A stretch of 64,000 nt of DNA from assembly GCA_020891255.1 (NCBI GenBank), contig BQFW01000013.1:1054001-1118000 (forward strand). Direction: 5' to 3'. The notes under the pieces are model-generated. The model did no database searches. It was not told the origin of the DNA and worked only from the letters and a program-made list of their open reading frames with translations. Positions 47,867-61,465 of this stretch are shown here, piece by piece. Position numbers and translations under genes: made by a program. This DNA comes from Entomortierella parvispora E1425. Its lineage: Eukaryota > Fungi > Mortierellomycota. The first letter of the stretch is position 1. The number at the start of each line of letters is the position of its first letter.

Positions 47867-49672
47867 GAGACCATGCCAAAAACATCCATACCTCTGATTT
47901 GAATGTCCGGTTTCATATGGATCTCCACCCCTTAATAAAAGTTATGACTTTTCGCGCACTCAAGGGGAGAAAGGGACGCCACTCAGCTCTCTGGAGATGC
48001 AACTCCCATCTCTCTACCATGTCGGATCCTCGATTTAAACGGAATGCAGCACGACTGACTCGTAATGAATACTGCATTCTGGCGAACGTCCAAAGCTACT
48101 TGAATGGGACTGGGGCCTTCCACGAGCACCGTGGCAAAGTCACCGCCCGCAAGCGTCTTGCCCTCATAACTGGGATCGGTTCAGATACGGCGCGGAAAGC
48201 TATTCAGTTTTATAACGGCGTGGGGGAGGTTTCGGAGAAACGCATTGGTCGACCAAAACACATCATTGAGACTGACTTGGGCGCAGCCATTCGAGAATTT
48301 GTGTTGGCATGCAACAAAGATGGAGTGCCTGTGACAACGAATCTAGTTTTGAAGGAGCTGCGGGAAAAACACGGTATCGTTTTCGCGAAGCGAACCTTGG
48401 TCCGTCGATTAAAACGGCTAGGTCTTCATTACGGCAAAGGAAGCAGGAGGAATATCCTCCATGACTCCCAAGCGGTGATCGACTATCGTGATGTTTACAT
48501 CGAGCGTCGCCTCTCGAATCTGAACCCCAAGGGTCTTCCAATTGTTCCTGAGGTGTTCCTTGATGAGTCATATTGTCATCTAGACCATCACAGTCTTCGG
48601 ACATGGTTGCCTTCTGGAGGCTCTGTCAATGAGCGAGGACGAAAGCCAATGCTTGTCATTTTCGGTGCATTCGTGGTATTCCGAGTTGACAACAAGCTCA
48701 GGGCAGAGCTCGTCAAGAAAAAGCATCCTCATCTGGCCGGTCAAGGGTCAATTGCGTGGTCGAGAGGGTGGACGTGCCGCAGACAACGAGCTATGGAAGA
48801 CTGTTCCTGATTTTGTCCGAGAGGCGGGTATTGCCCCTGACTACCATGACTACCACGGTAACTTTGATGCGGATCTGTTTGAGCGATTGTTTGAGGCTCT
48901 GTGCACAACACTCCATGAAGACTATGGGCCTTGTCACATTCACATGGATGGCGCCAAGTACCATGTCCGCGAAGAGAATCCAGTACCGAAAGCAAGCTCC
49001 TGTGTGAGAGATATCCATTCGTGGTTCGAAAAGAATGGCATAGAGCTACCAACAAATGACCGGGGCAAGATCAAGTCTAGACTCGAGCTTCTTGAGCACA
49101 TCAAAGGTCTCAACATCCCCAAGACCTTTGCTTCATACCGAATTGCACACGAATACGGACACACCATTTGCAAGACACCTCCGTATCATTGCGAGCTACA
49201 GCCGATTGAAATGGTCTGGGGAATGGTCAAGAACCCAATTGCAGCCAATCCTAACTTGGACGAGACTGAGCTGTCACTGCGAAACCGCCTTTTGGGACTC
49301 TTCGCTGGCATTCAGGAGTCACAGCTTATTGCTGTTTGGAAAAAGACTGTCCAGGTTGGGAGGGACTATCGGATTCTCTACGAAAGACGACTCGAAAACA
49401 ATGAAAACTACAGTGAAAGTGACGATGATGACCGCGAATTTGATAGTGACACAGACAACAGTGAAATTTCTAGTGACGAGGAGGCATAGTATTTTCTATT
49501 TTTTTTCAGTACCATTGTTCTCAGTAGACATGACCCCAGTGAGTCCAGTCCATCATGGAACATCGTTTAGAGTCAATGAAGTTTTTAAAATCAGAAGAGA
49601 ATAGAAAAAAAAAAGGCAGAGGGGTGTGAGAATTTAGGTTTTGTGAGGTATGGATATTTGTGGCAAGATCTC
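47867..49672 (+). mobile_element. IS630-Tc1-mariner DNA transposon (DD86E, Sailor-like), 1806 bp, TA TSD
   Basis: 28-bp TIRs GAGACCATGCCAAAAACATCCATACCTC (47867-47894) and GAGGTATGGATATTTGTGGCAAGATCTC (49645-49672) match 24/28. TA at 47865-47866 and 49673-49674. A transposase lies inside. Confidence 0.9.
48019..49489 (+). pseudogene. DDE transposase with one +1 frameshift
   Basis: HTH region (LKELREKHGIVFAKRTLVRRLKRLGLHY) and catalytic motifs VFLDESY, HMDGAKYH and PPYHCELQPIEMVW, with 86 residues between D2 and E. The frame changes in the A-run at about 48718-48722 (ELVK/KSILIW). Confidence 0.85.
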
Positions 49673-49684
49673 TACTACACTTTC
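49673..49684 (-). tRNA. 5' part of the same tRNA-Gly(TCC) gene
   Basis: Minus strand GAAAGTG TA G TA. GAAAGTG pairs 7/7 with CACTTTC at 47807-47813. Confidence 0.8.
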
Positions 49685-50032
49685 TTGTTCTTTGTTGTTT
49701 CGGAGAATTTATTTTCCTCTATGAAACTGTCCTTCTTCTCAAACCCTTAATTACATACCCTTAAGTAAAGCATGCTCGGTACTTTACCCCTTAATTCAGG
49801 GCAAGGACCTGTAAAGAAAAATTCAGGGCAAGGCCGATCGCGTTTTTTTTTTTTTCAGGCACTTCTCCGAGCCTAGCAACAACAACAACAGCAACAACAA
49901 AGATTACCCCACACCGCCCAAGAACGGAACGAAAGTTTGTTTGAAGAGATCTTGATTATTATTCAAAGGTAGTTTAGAGAGGGGTATAAGTGTTTTTTAC
50001 ATACAGTGGATGTATAATAATGTTTTTTAAAG

Positions 50033-50632
50033 TTAAGGCATGGGGATGGAGAGATGGTCCTGCTGCCGGTACGCCGGGCATGGGGGTTGAGGCTGCACAG
50101 TTTCAGGTACGCCAGTTTCAACAGGGGCAACGGGACTTTGAGCTGATGCTGGAGAGGAGCAGAGGGTGGTTTGTTCGGTAGAAGAGTATTCTGGAGGAGG
50201 CAGCGACGAAACATGTTGGTCTCCCTCAGGATCCTGGGTTGTTCCATCCGCTTGATTTCCTTGGGTGTTCAAAACTGGGTAGAAGACGAATGTAGTGGGA
50301 CCGAAGGCGGTATTATGGTTGACCATATCAGTACCTCTCGAATATACAGGAAGCGATTCGGTCTCTGTCATCGTTCTGGTGGGTTGATGGGGTACAGGTG
50401 TTTGAGCCATGTTGGTTGAGGCATTATTGCGCTGTGCTGCCAGGGGCGGGGGGGTGATATACACCGTGTACCGGCTGCCCACTTGACTTGTTGGAAGGAC
50501 TCTTGCGTTTGATGGTGGAATAGTGCGGGATTGACGGGCGCAGAAGCATTTCAGCAATGCTAGAACGGTGCCCACGACAATAGCAATGATAACAACCTCC
50601 ATTGTGGGGCCGGACGAGGAGAAATACACCAT
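50033..50632 (-). CDS. Small single-pass membrane protein with PY-like motifs
   Basis: MVYFSSSGPTMEVVIIAIVVGTVLALLKCFC (TM segment plus Cys), then a Pro/Thr/Gln-rich tail with LPVY, PPEY and CPAY. Confidence 0.6.
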   Translation of the reverse strand: MVYFSSSGPTMEVVIIAIVVGTVLALLKCFCARQSRTIPPSNARVLPTSQVGSRYTVYITPPPLAAQRNNASTNMAQTPVPHQPTRTMTETESLPVYSRGTDMVNHNTAFGPTTFVFYPVLNTQGNQADGTTQDPEGDQHVSSLPPPEYSSTEQTTLCSSPASAQSPVAPVETGVPETVQPQPPCPAYRQQDHLSIPMP

Positions 50633-50879
50633 CAGGTTAAAGGCGGCGAAGAGTAAGGAAGAAAGTAGTAAGGAAGGTAAGTGCCGAAAGGGAAAAGGAA
50701 GAGAGAGAGAGGGCTGAGCACAGGTCAAAAAAAAAAAAAAAAAAAAAAAAAAAAACGTCCAGTGGGCTTTTAAACATTTCTCGTTTTCTCACCAGAAGAA
50801 ACAAACCCTGTCATTCTCGACAATTCCAACGGTGTCAAAGTCGAAGCATCCACGGAAATGCAGGTCATCGTCATTTGTC

Positions 50880-52439
50880 TCAGATTAGAGTGGTTTTCGG
50901 TTGTCCACACCTTGTTTGCTTTATGCTTCTTTTGCTTCTTTGCGCGACAAACCCATAGCGAAGAAAGCACAGACTACAGTTTTCCAGTCCAGGCCAGATC
51001 TTCAACAACCTTCGACCCACGGCTTCTTTCCGGATCGATTGAGCGTTCTCATACTCGCCTCCAGTGTACTGATCCTTCTTCAGATCCATAGTGAGCGGGA
51101 TCCTCGGGTCCAACCCAAAGCCACGTCTTTTCTCTCCGGGACAGAGGTGCAGCTCCTCCAGTCGACGCAGCTTCACCAGTCGTTCAAACACCTGTTGGAT
51201 GGCTCCTGTTTCCTCCTCTGGTAACTTTCGGAGTAACACTCTGAGCACTCGAAGTTTATCACAGACCCAGGGTCGCGTTGGCGACAGTGCTGCCAACGAT
51301 AGCTGTGATCTTCCCTCGGTGGAGGCTCCAAGTTCAGACTGCGATCCTGAGATCGCTGTTGTCGATTGAACCAACATTCCTTATTCAGCAGCCGCTTTTA
51401 GTCCCGCCGTCGCTGCCAGTTCGCGATATCCCTCGGCCCCAAACCCGTCCACAATATCGAACGTGTTCAACGTCGCGCCCTGAAATTCGACTACTTGTCG
51501 ACAGGTTCAAAACCTGGATGGTCTTCAAGTGTTGCCCAAAGTCATTCCAGGATCGCTCTCCAAAATCTGCCGTGGGCAACGTCAACCGTCGAAGACCACT
51601 TTTGGGGCAATGTTCTAGCACCCGGGCCAATTGCGCGTCTGTGATCACGGATCTTGACCCTTGCTGAGGCTCTGTCAGTTGGAGAGAATCTAATCTGGGC
51701 CAAGACCCGCTACAAAGAAGGTGATCCAGCCCATTCATGAAGTCCTCACCACTCTGTGAGGTCTCTCCCCGGTGCTGCCAAGAAATGTGCCTCGAGAGGG
51801 ACTCGAGTTTGTGGGCGCGTTCAAAGAGTAGCAACAGGTCCTTCCAAGACAAGAATCCTTCACGGAATGATAGGGTCAAGTCCTTTAGCTTTGGGAATGG
51901 GGGCCAGTTCCTCCATGTTTTGGTTTGATCCCAAGGTCGTCACAGTTCCAGTTTAAGTCTTGTCAGCCGTGGAGCAAAAAGTAGGAACCGGTTTAAAGAT
52001 CGCCTCGCAGTAAGACCTTGGTCAGTTCAAGTTCGGTCAACTGAGGACAGTGATCAAGCACGATTTGCAGCAGTTGTGGGTCAGCTCCTTGCAAAGCCCT
52101 TGCGTCAATACAGAGTCGGACAAGCTGAGGGTTCCTCATAACGATACTGTGTAGAGAAATTTTCGAGTCATAGATCATCGATAGCCGCTTGAGGTGCGTA
52201 CAATTCTCAAGGATGCTATTGTACTCCTCTTCCTGTGCATGACTGATTTGAAGGTCGCGAACATGACAGAGGCGTGGCTTAAGCGCTGTCCAGTATTTGA
52301 ACAATTGGTGCCCAGAGGCTTTGGTGTAAAGGAGGGGAATAAAGGACTTGTGCCAAAGTTTGGATACTCTGACACAGGACGCCAGAGCGTTGATGTCGAG
52401 AAAATTGCCGACATTGAAACGAAGCTCCAGAAGGTCCAT
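50880..52439 (-). pseudogene. F-box/LRR gene copy D, multiply disrupted
   Basis: Starts MDLLELRFNVGNFLDINALASCVRVSKLWHKSFIPLLY. Frameshift near 51995, in-frame TGA near 51945 and a further break near 51450. The C-terminus VGRRLLKIWPGLENC matches copies A-C. Confidence 0.75.
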
Positions 52440-52776
52440 GACGAATAACAGTTGTTGTGCGATGAGAGAAGGAATGGAACTTGAGAAGTGGAGCACAATG
52501 GTCCAAGTGTCGCCGCAGTATCACCTTTCCAGGGACAGCACTGCTCCGGACACACAGTTTTGTCTCTGGGCAGGGAACTTGTTTGAAAATCTTAGGAGAA
52601 ACTGCCCAAGTGATGTCTTCCAAAAGGGTTGCTACTGAGATTTGACTTCAGCTAGCTATCATCTCCAGGTATGCATGCTTTCTATTTTATTTTGTTGGAA
52701 TGTGTCGTAGCGATTCGTGTCTGAAAGTGTGTTTTTTTTGCCTGTCTAATGAAAGATGCTCAGGATTCAAGCACCA

Positions 52777-55289
52777 TTATGGGTTCACGATGTGCTCTAT
52801 CAAGATAGGATGGTTAGGAGATTGATCATGAGGAAACGTCGAGATGAAAGAACGAACCAGGATATTTCAATATCACTTACCACGGACAGGTGCAACAACA
52901 GCGGCCATGTCTGCTACTACAACTTCGTGCAGCTTCTTTTGGAACTCGTATCTAATCCTGAGCTGCTTCTTCTCTCCCAAGCATGGATCATAAAAGCCAA
53001 GGACATGGTTCTATTTGTGATGTGAGAGAGAGAGCGAGAGAGATGTTGGGTACTGTGAGTATGAGTGTGGGGCACATCAACAATAATTCCGTCTTACAAA
53101 AAATGAATTAGAAGTCCCAGATTCATACCTTTGAGTGTCCACCAGGCATGGCTAGTTGAGAGTTGTTCACCAGTGCCTGAACGGCAATCGTGACATCCGC
53201 CACGAGACCAGCGCTCAAATTTCCATAGGTTGCCTCGATAATTACGAGACCATCTTTATCCTGTTCAAGCTTTGTTTTACGCAGAGTTGATTCTCTAAGC
53301 AACGTTATCGCCTCTTCCGCCTCCCTTCTTTGACTGGCAATAAAGTCGGCATGGACCTTGCGAAGTTCCTGGAGTTTCTGGGCACGCTCTCTTCTACGTT
53401 TAGGCTTGATATAGCCGAGATCCAATGCCGTAAGAGCAGACACAGGCGCCACCGTGGCCCAGAATGCAATTTTTGGGTCAAACTCAGTCGATAGGAGAAT
53501 CGGAACTGTTACGCTCTGTCCCAGACGAGTAACCCTAGATGAAAGTAGAGAAAAAAAAACTGTCAGACAACCATTCATCCTTTGTTCCACTGATAATTAC
53601 TACAAATCGACGTACTTGAAGTTGAACGCTACTCCTCCAAGGCCCACCTCTGCAGCCAAACCGAGTCTTGTATATTCTGTCACTTGGCGATCCCCTCCAA
53701 TGCTTCCAACCGCGCCTGCAAGGGAAGAATAGCCAAGACCGACGCGGACTCTAGTACTCTCGTCTAACGTCCACGTGCGATCCAGCGAAATTCGAGACTG
53801 AACAACGCCTGCTTGAACTTCAGCCTGGTAATGCTCGTTTTCGTTTGAGGATCGAAGTCCCATGGTCATGGATGAGAACTGATCACGATCCTCGAAAGCT
53901 CTTCCCCATGAGCCCAAAGCCCATTCCCCTGTCCTGTATGTGACATATCCTGTAGTGCCCCTGACCAACGTTCGTCCAACTGTCAGAACCAAAGGGGCGG
54001 GTCCATAGGAACTCTTCAATTCTGCCACTGCGCTAACAAACGTCAAAGGGTCGATATTGTAGTTTCCTTTGATGATGCTCGCAGTTGGGTTCAGTAGTGA
54101 GGCTCCAAGCTATTGATCGAGAACTAACATGTTAAATCTCGATCCGTAGGTTTTGATTGCACAAATGTCCATTGTAGTTGGTTACCTCCATGGAAATCTT
54201 GTCCGAGAAGGTGTGTCGCAGGGTACCCATTACACTACCGCTTCCAGTGCCTGAACTTGACGACATACTTCCTCCAAGAACAATGTTTGTGCGGTTGCCA
54301 ATGCGGGTCTAATACAAGAAAATCACGATTAAAACCAAAAATCCCCGTTTGACCCCATTTCAAGCCATTGCAGTCAATATTGTATTGTTACCTCGAAGGT
54401 ATTCTTCATGAAAAGTTGCATGATCTTTGTCCTGCCAAGTGAGTCCATGACGGTTTCTGTCTGGCTTTTTTGTTTGATGTTGCCCCCACGCAGTGAGGCA
54501 GGCATCTCATAGTGATGAAACACGTTGCTGGCATCCACATGAACTACAATGTTGTTTCTAGACCGAACCAAATTTTCCAGTGTCATATCTTGAGTCTCTC
54601 TTGCCAAGCGGGCATATTCCTCCAATTGCTAAATGATCGAGAGCAGCCGTCCATTTGATGTTAGCTTTTTGAATGGTTCAAGTCGTTCCCGTTGCTTCTT
54701 TCTGCCTGTCTTTACCTCCTGAGGTGTTGTAATTTTGTGACCAACATCGAATTTGCTGTCCAGTCCTTCCTCTCCATGTTTGTCGTAGGTAGACCTCAGC
54801 TGGGGGTTACTGAGAACTTTTTATCCACGAGTTAAAGTTGGGTTAGTTGCTGCAGATTGTCTGTCTTCGTCCTGCGATTGAGCTTGTGGATCCTGGCTTA
54901 CCATCGAATGCCCTTTTGATAATACGAAACTTCGACTCGGCCGTCTCCTTGAGCTCTGCATCGGTTTGGTGGTCGGGATGAAAGATCTGACTGAGCTTGT
55001 TGAAGGCATCCTGAAGTTCACTATTGGAGGCCTGTAAGCACGAGTTGTAGGAATAAATGAAATGAAATGGAGGCATGATGATCAGTCAAAAAGACGATTA
55101 CAATCGTGCGTGCAAGGGGTCGGGTCGGATGAATGGGCGACTTACGGTCCTGGAGACATTCAGGATGGAGTAGAAGTCAACAACAGGCGGCTGGAATGAT
55201 CCTTGATCGCTCATGAGTCCTGCTTCCAGTGGATGGGCGGGGATGGTCTGGTCGACGGGCATGACCCTGTCCTCGTATGGGTCGTCCAT
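52777..55289 (-). CDS. DNAJC11: DNAJC11-like J-domain protein with a C-terminal DUF3395-type domain
   Basis: DFYSILNVSRT|ASNSELQDAFNKLSQIFHPD J-domain; C-terminal GLVIIEATYG...ADVTIAVQALV...FYDPCLGEKQLRIRYEF. Confidence 0.8.
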
Positions 55290-55546
55290 GGTTACGATGA
55301 TTAGTGATGATTAGGTAAGTCTGGACTGTCTTGGGTCTGATTCAATCAGAGGATGGACAAAGAGAAGAGCGAAGTGGGGCAACGGGTTCCTTTTGTTCTC
55401 GGGACCGGGAGTGGGCAGGGCGATGGGGCGAATTTCCATTCTGAGATCAAAGGTGAAAATTGGTGGCGTTTTTATTTTCTGGTATTGGGGAAGGGGTATT
55501 TTTTTTTGTGCTGCTCTTTCTTTCAATTGGCAAAGACATGATCCGT

Positions 55547-56268
55547 CTATGCCTTCATGGTCGCGGCATAGACCTGGGGAGAGTATGCTGGCTGGGCTCC
55601 GAACTGGGGCTGTTGCGATTGTTGCTGCTGTGGAACCAAGGTTACGCTGGTCCCGAAAGCCATCACCTCTGTCATCCCTTCCTGGATCTCTTGGCCTGTG
55701 AAGTTGATTCCAATGACGGCTATATCGTATGAAAGAAAGGGTATCTCTAGGTTATTGCTCCGTTCAATTTCAGTCTCCTAATGGCTAAGGGTGACCCAAG
55801 CGAAACCTCACCATTGCCACCAGCAGCGGCCGCGTGTTCGAGCAATCTAGTAAACGCAGTCTCCCGGGCTTTCTCCGCCATTTCAATATAAGTGGAACTC
55901 TCGCCACCTCCCAAGCTCGCGAAAGCGCCAAACACAGCTTTTCCAACATTAGGAGTGCGAACAGTCAAGCTATTAAATGAATAAAAAAGAGAAGAGACAC
56001 AATCCACCGTGTCAGTTTTTGGAAAGGTTGTGTCCGCTTTTGTGTGAGACCCTGGGCCTTGTGTTATCCACCCACCCTCGAACAACACCGTGGTTCTGAG
56101 AAATCACGTATCCGGGGATGGTAAATCTATTGAAGCAATGGCCGATAGTTTAGCGTAGAGTTCCTTTTCCAAGGCAAATGTTCCTTTCGATGCCGTAGAA
56201 AACCATCCTTACGCAGTGGTGCTGAAGCGGCGGTCGACAGCGCGGACAGTGTTCTGAGATTGGCTCAT
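55547..56268 (-). CDS. YbjQ/UPF0145-family protein
   Basis: Four exons give FTIPGYVISQNHGVVRG|LTVRTPNVGKAVFGAFASLGGGESSTYIEMAEKARETAFTRLLEHAAAAGGN|AVIGINF...EVMAFGTSV. The stop position is uncertain because it assumes a 1-nt error in a C-run. Confidence 0.7.
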
Positions 56269-56968
56269 AGTGAAGTATCTTTTGTTTGATTGTGGAGATA
56301 AGGTGTATTGTTGAAAAATGTTGAAGTGTGGGGATGAGGTTTAAAAGTTACGGCCTTTTATATTCGATGCTCCCTCGCTACTTCATTGGAAGCCGACACG
56401 TCTTATCGGTACAGAGTAGCTTTGGTATAATAATGTTTTCTGCCAAAGATACCGGTTCAAATGGCGTATTGCGATTGCCGACGCTTGGGCTTTTTTTTCA
56501 AAAAAAAAAAGTCGAGTATAACGAACGCCTCGGAAACTGAACAAGGGGCGTGTATAGAACGGTATTGGGAGAAGACGATGTTCAGGATACTGTTTGGGCT
56601 GTTGGAAAGGGTGGCACCTTTGAGTGGCTGCCGCGGCGCTTCAAACAAGATCTGCCGGATTTCTTGTTACTGACTGACAATGATGCATGGTTCCGCCACT
56701 CCAGCAGACACTACAGCCACAGCGCGGGCGGAAGAGAGTCGGTGGCAGTGTCTGTTAGCCGCATGTGGTAAACCTCGGCGTAAATTTTAACGTGGGCTGA
56801 AGCCTGACCAGCCCCGAGGAAAACTGTAGTTGGCGCGTCCATTTTTTGACAAGGGAATGCTTTTTTTGTGTATTCTGCTTATGTTTATTGGGATTATATG
56901 CTACAATTGTGGGAGTGTGGATGGATTATTAACAACGATGGGAGGTTTGGCGCTGGTGATTCTATGCT

Positions 56969-59106
<2,138 letters not shown>

Positions 59107-59849
59107 TCAGGAAGGGGTGGGGGGAGAAGACGAGTGGACGGCACACTGTCAAAGGGAGGTGTGCGAGAGGGACACGCTCGCTGACTGATAGACTCTTTGG
59201 GCGTGCAGGCGTCTATTGCGAAGCAGACGAAAAAAGCCGGTGTGACTGCCTTGCCTCGATGCAAAATCGCATCATTTGCTGCCGGATTTCGCAACAGATC
59301 GATCTGCGGTCACTGTTGTGCTCTCGCCCCTGTGCGATTCGCTCGTGCTGGGCGAAGCCCGTGTTGGCCAGGGCGGACGTACGAGGGAAGCCTGATTGCT
59401 TCTTGACCTCTACAAGCACAGAAAAGACGCGTGCAGCTCATCGTTCTTTTCTTTGTTCAGTCCTTCCCTCTTTCTTTGTGTGTTTCTTTCCATTATTCTT
59501 CTCTAGACAGACGACGCTTGGGTGGACAGATAGCTGTCCAGCCAGCGATCATCCCTCCCCTCTTCCCTCCCCCCTTCCTTGTGGACACAAGCACGTCGCT
59601 CTATTCACCTCCGGTATCGCACCTTTTCCACGCCATCTCTCACCATTGATCTCAATTGAACCTGGAAACTGACACCATATGCATTCTCGGTAAGAACGTG
59701 TCTCGGAGCCAATGTTCCACAGTGACAGCACTCATTCTGTTTTTCGTTCAGTCTGTGCTCGACGCGTGGGCGGCCCCAAGCAGATTTTCTTTCTTTCCAC
59801 GTCCTTTGCCCACATCAAGTCAAATCTGCCTTACCGATACATACAAACC

Positions 59850-61391
59850 ATGAGCAACCCTCAAGATGTAAGGTATAAAAGACGCCTGTCGGGGGATGAT
59901 CGTAACGTTATACTATGATGGCGCCATGCCATCTAATGGTGCCAAACTGTCTCTCTAGATTCGCAACCAGGAGCGCCTGCTTCCAGGCTTGGCCATGGTC
60001 GCTGCTGCAGCCATCGGAAGTGCCGCTCTAGTCAGAGGGTCCCGTAAGCTGAATGCCTTTTCTCTCAAAGTTTTTGATGTTAATTGACTGCCTAGACGAC
60101 TGAAATAACGGCATCTGCTCGTTTTATTGCAGAAAGCCTACCTGTTAGGATCCTCACACCTCTTACAGCCACAGCAGTAGCCGTGTATTATTGCCTTCCT
60201 GACCATGCTCATTGGCACAATGGGTCCACTCGCGTCCCACTTACTTCGGCTACAACGACTGCTGCGGCCGTCAAACATGCCCCTTCCACTGCAAGCTTCG
60301 CTGCTGCCAGACCTACTTCAGTCGAATTTGAACCACGATCAACTGTTGTAGACAAGAAGATCGCTAGCGCAGCTATCAAACAACACGGCGCTGTAATCAG
60401 CTGGGCCAATACAGTTGCACCAAAGGACAAGGACAAAATCTTGCAGTCTGCTAAGGGCACTTCTGCCGACGTCTCCAAGAACGTAAACAGGCATGCTGAC
60501 ACTGTTAAAAAAGAGCTATCCAAATCCAAGGATGGTGCTGTTAAAGTAACCAAGGATTTATCAGTGGCTGCTGACAAAGGAGCGCATGATAATACTACCA
60601 GAGTAAAGGCAACTGCTAAGGATACATCGGCGGCTGTTTCCAAAGGGGCACATGAGACTGCTGCTAAGGCAATCGAAGCTTCGACGCATGGATCGGCAAC
60701 TGCTACGAAAGGAATACATGAGGCAGCCACTAAGGCGAAGGCAAGTGCTAAGGATGTATCGACAGCTGCTGTCAAAGGAGCGAATGAGACTGCTACCAAG
60801 GCAAAAACAACTGCCAATGATGCATCAACGGCAACAACCAAAGGAGCGAATGAAACTGCTAACAAGGCGAAGACAACAGCCAAGGATAATATGGCAGCTA
60901 TTTCTAAAGGATCACACGAGACTGGTGCTAACGTAAACGCGACTACGAAGGGTGCATCAGCGGTTGCCACCAAAGGAGCGAATGAGGTTACCCCCAAGGT
61001 GGAGAAGTCAACTCCGAAGGGTCCATCGACGACGGCCAAAGGTGCACATGAGGTTGCCGTCAAGGTGGAGAAGGCAGATGTTAAGACCACAGATGAAATG
61101 ACCTCAAAGTCATCCGGACGGAAGATTGTCGTCGACAAGAACCTGGCCAAGGCAGCTGCCAAGCAGCACGATGCTGTGATCAACCGCGGCGGCAGTCAGG
61201 CAGAAGGGAAAGCCAGGAAAGTCCATGAGAACGTTGTAGATGCAGGCTTGCCTTCAAATCGGCAGGGTCGATACGAAGTTCACAAGATTGACATTTCTCG
61301 TGAAGCATCAGATCATGCAGGGAACAAGTCTGTGGTCATGGAGATCCCAACTGAAGAGCGCAACTCGAGCAGAAGCGAACGCGGTCTGTAG
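59850..61391 (+). CDS. Mic26/27 (ApoO)-like two-TM N-terminus fused to 22-residue Ala/Thr/Lys repeats
   Basis: Three exons splice in frame: MSNPQD|IRNQERLLPGLAMVAAAAIGSAALVRGS|QSLPVRILTPLTATAVAVYYCLP, followed by about 8 repeats of KGA[NH]E....K..... Confidence 0.55.
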
Positions 61392-61465
61392 AGTGAGCCA
61401 TTGAAGCATGGGCCATCCGAGATAGAGTTTGACGGCACGACAATACAGTAAATCAATGACATCAT

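Noticed and set aside
47806-47877. An intact tRNA-Gly beginning GGCATGG next to the transposon
   Set aside because: That 5' segment belongs to the TIR and cannot pair with CACTTTC; the true 5' end is at 49675-49684.
48710-48730. Programmed frameshift in the transposase
   Set aside because: The shift is +1, and there is no canonical X-XXY-YYZ slippery heptamer; a single A insertion explains it.
49742-49833. CCCTTAA repeats and an AATTCAGGGCAAGG direct repeat beyond the transposon
   Set aside because: These lie outside the TIR/TSD boundaries, are short, and show no element structure.
60209-61183. 324-aa ORF on the - strand
   Set aside because: It is the antisense shadow of the repeat-protein exon.
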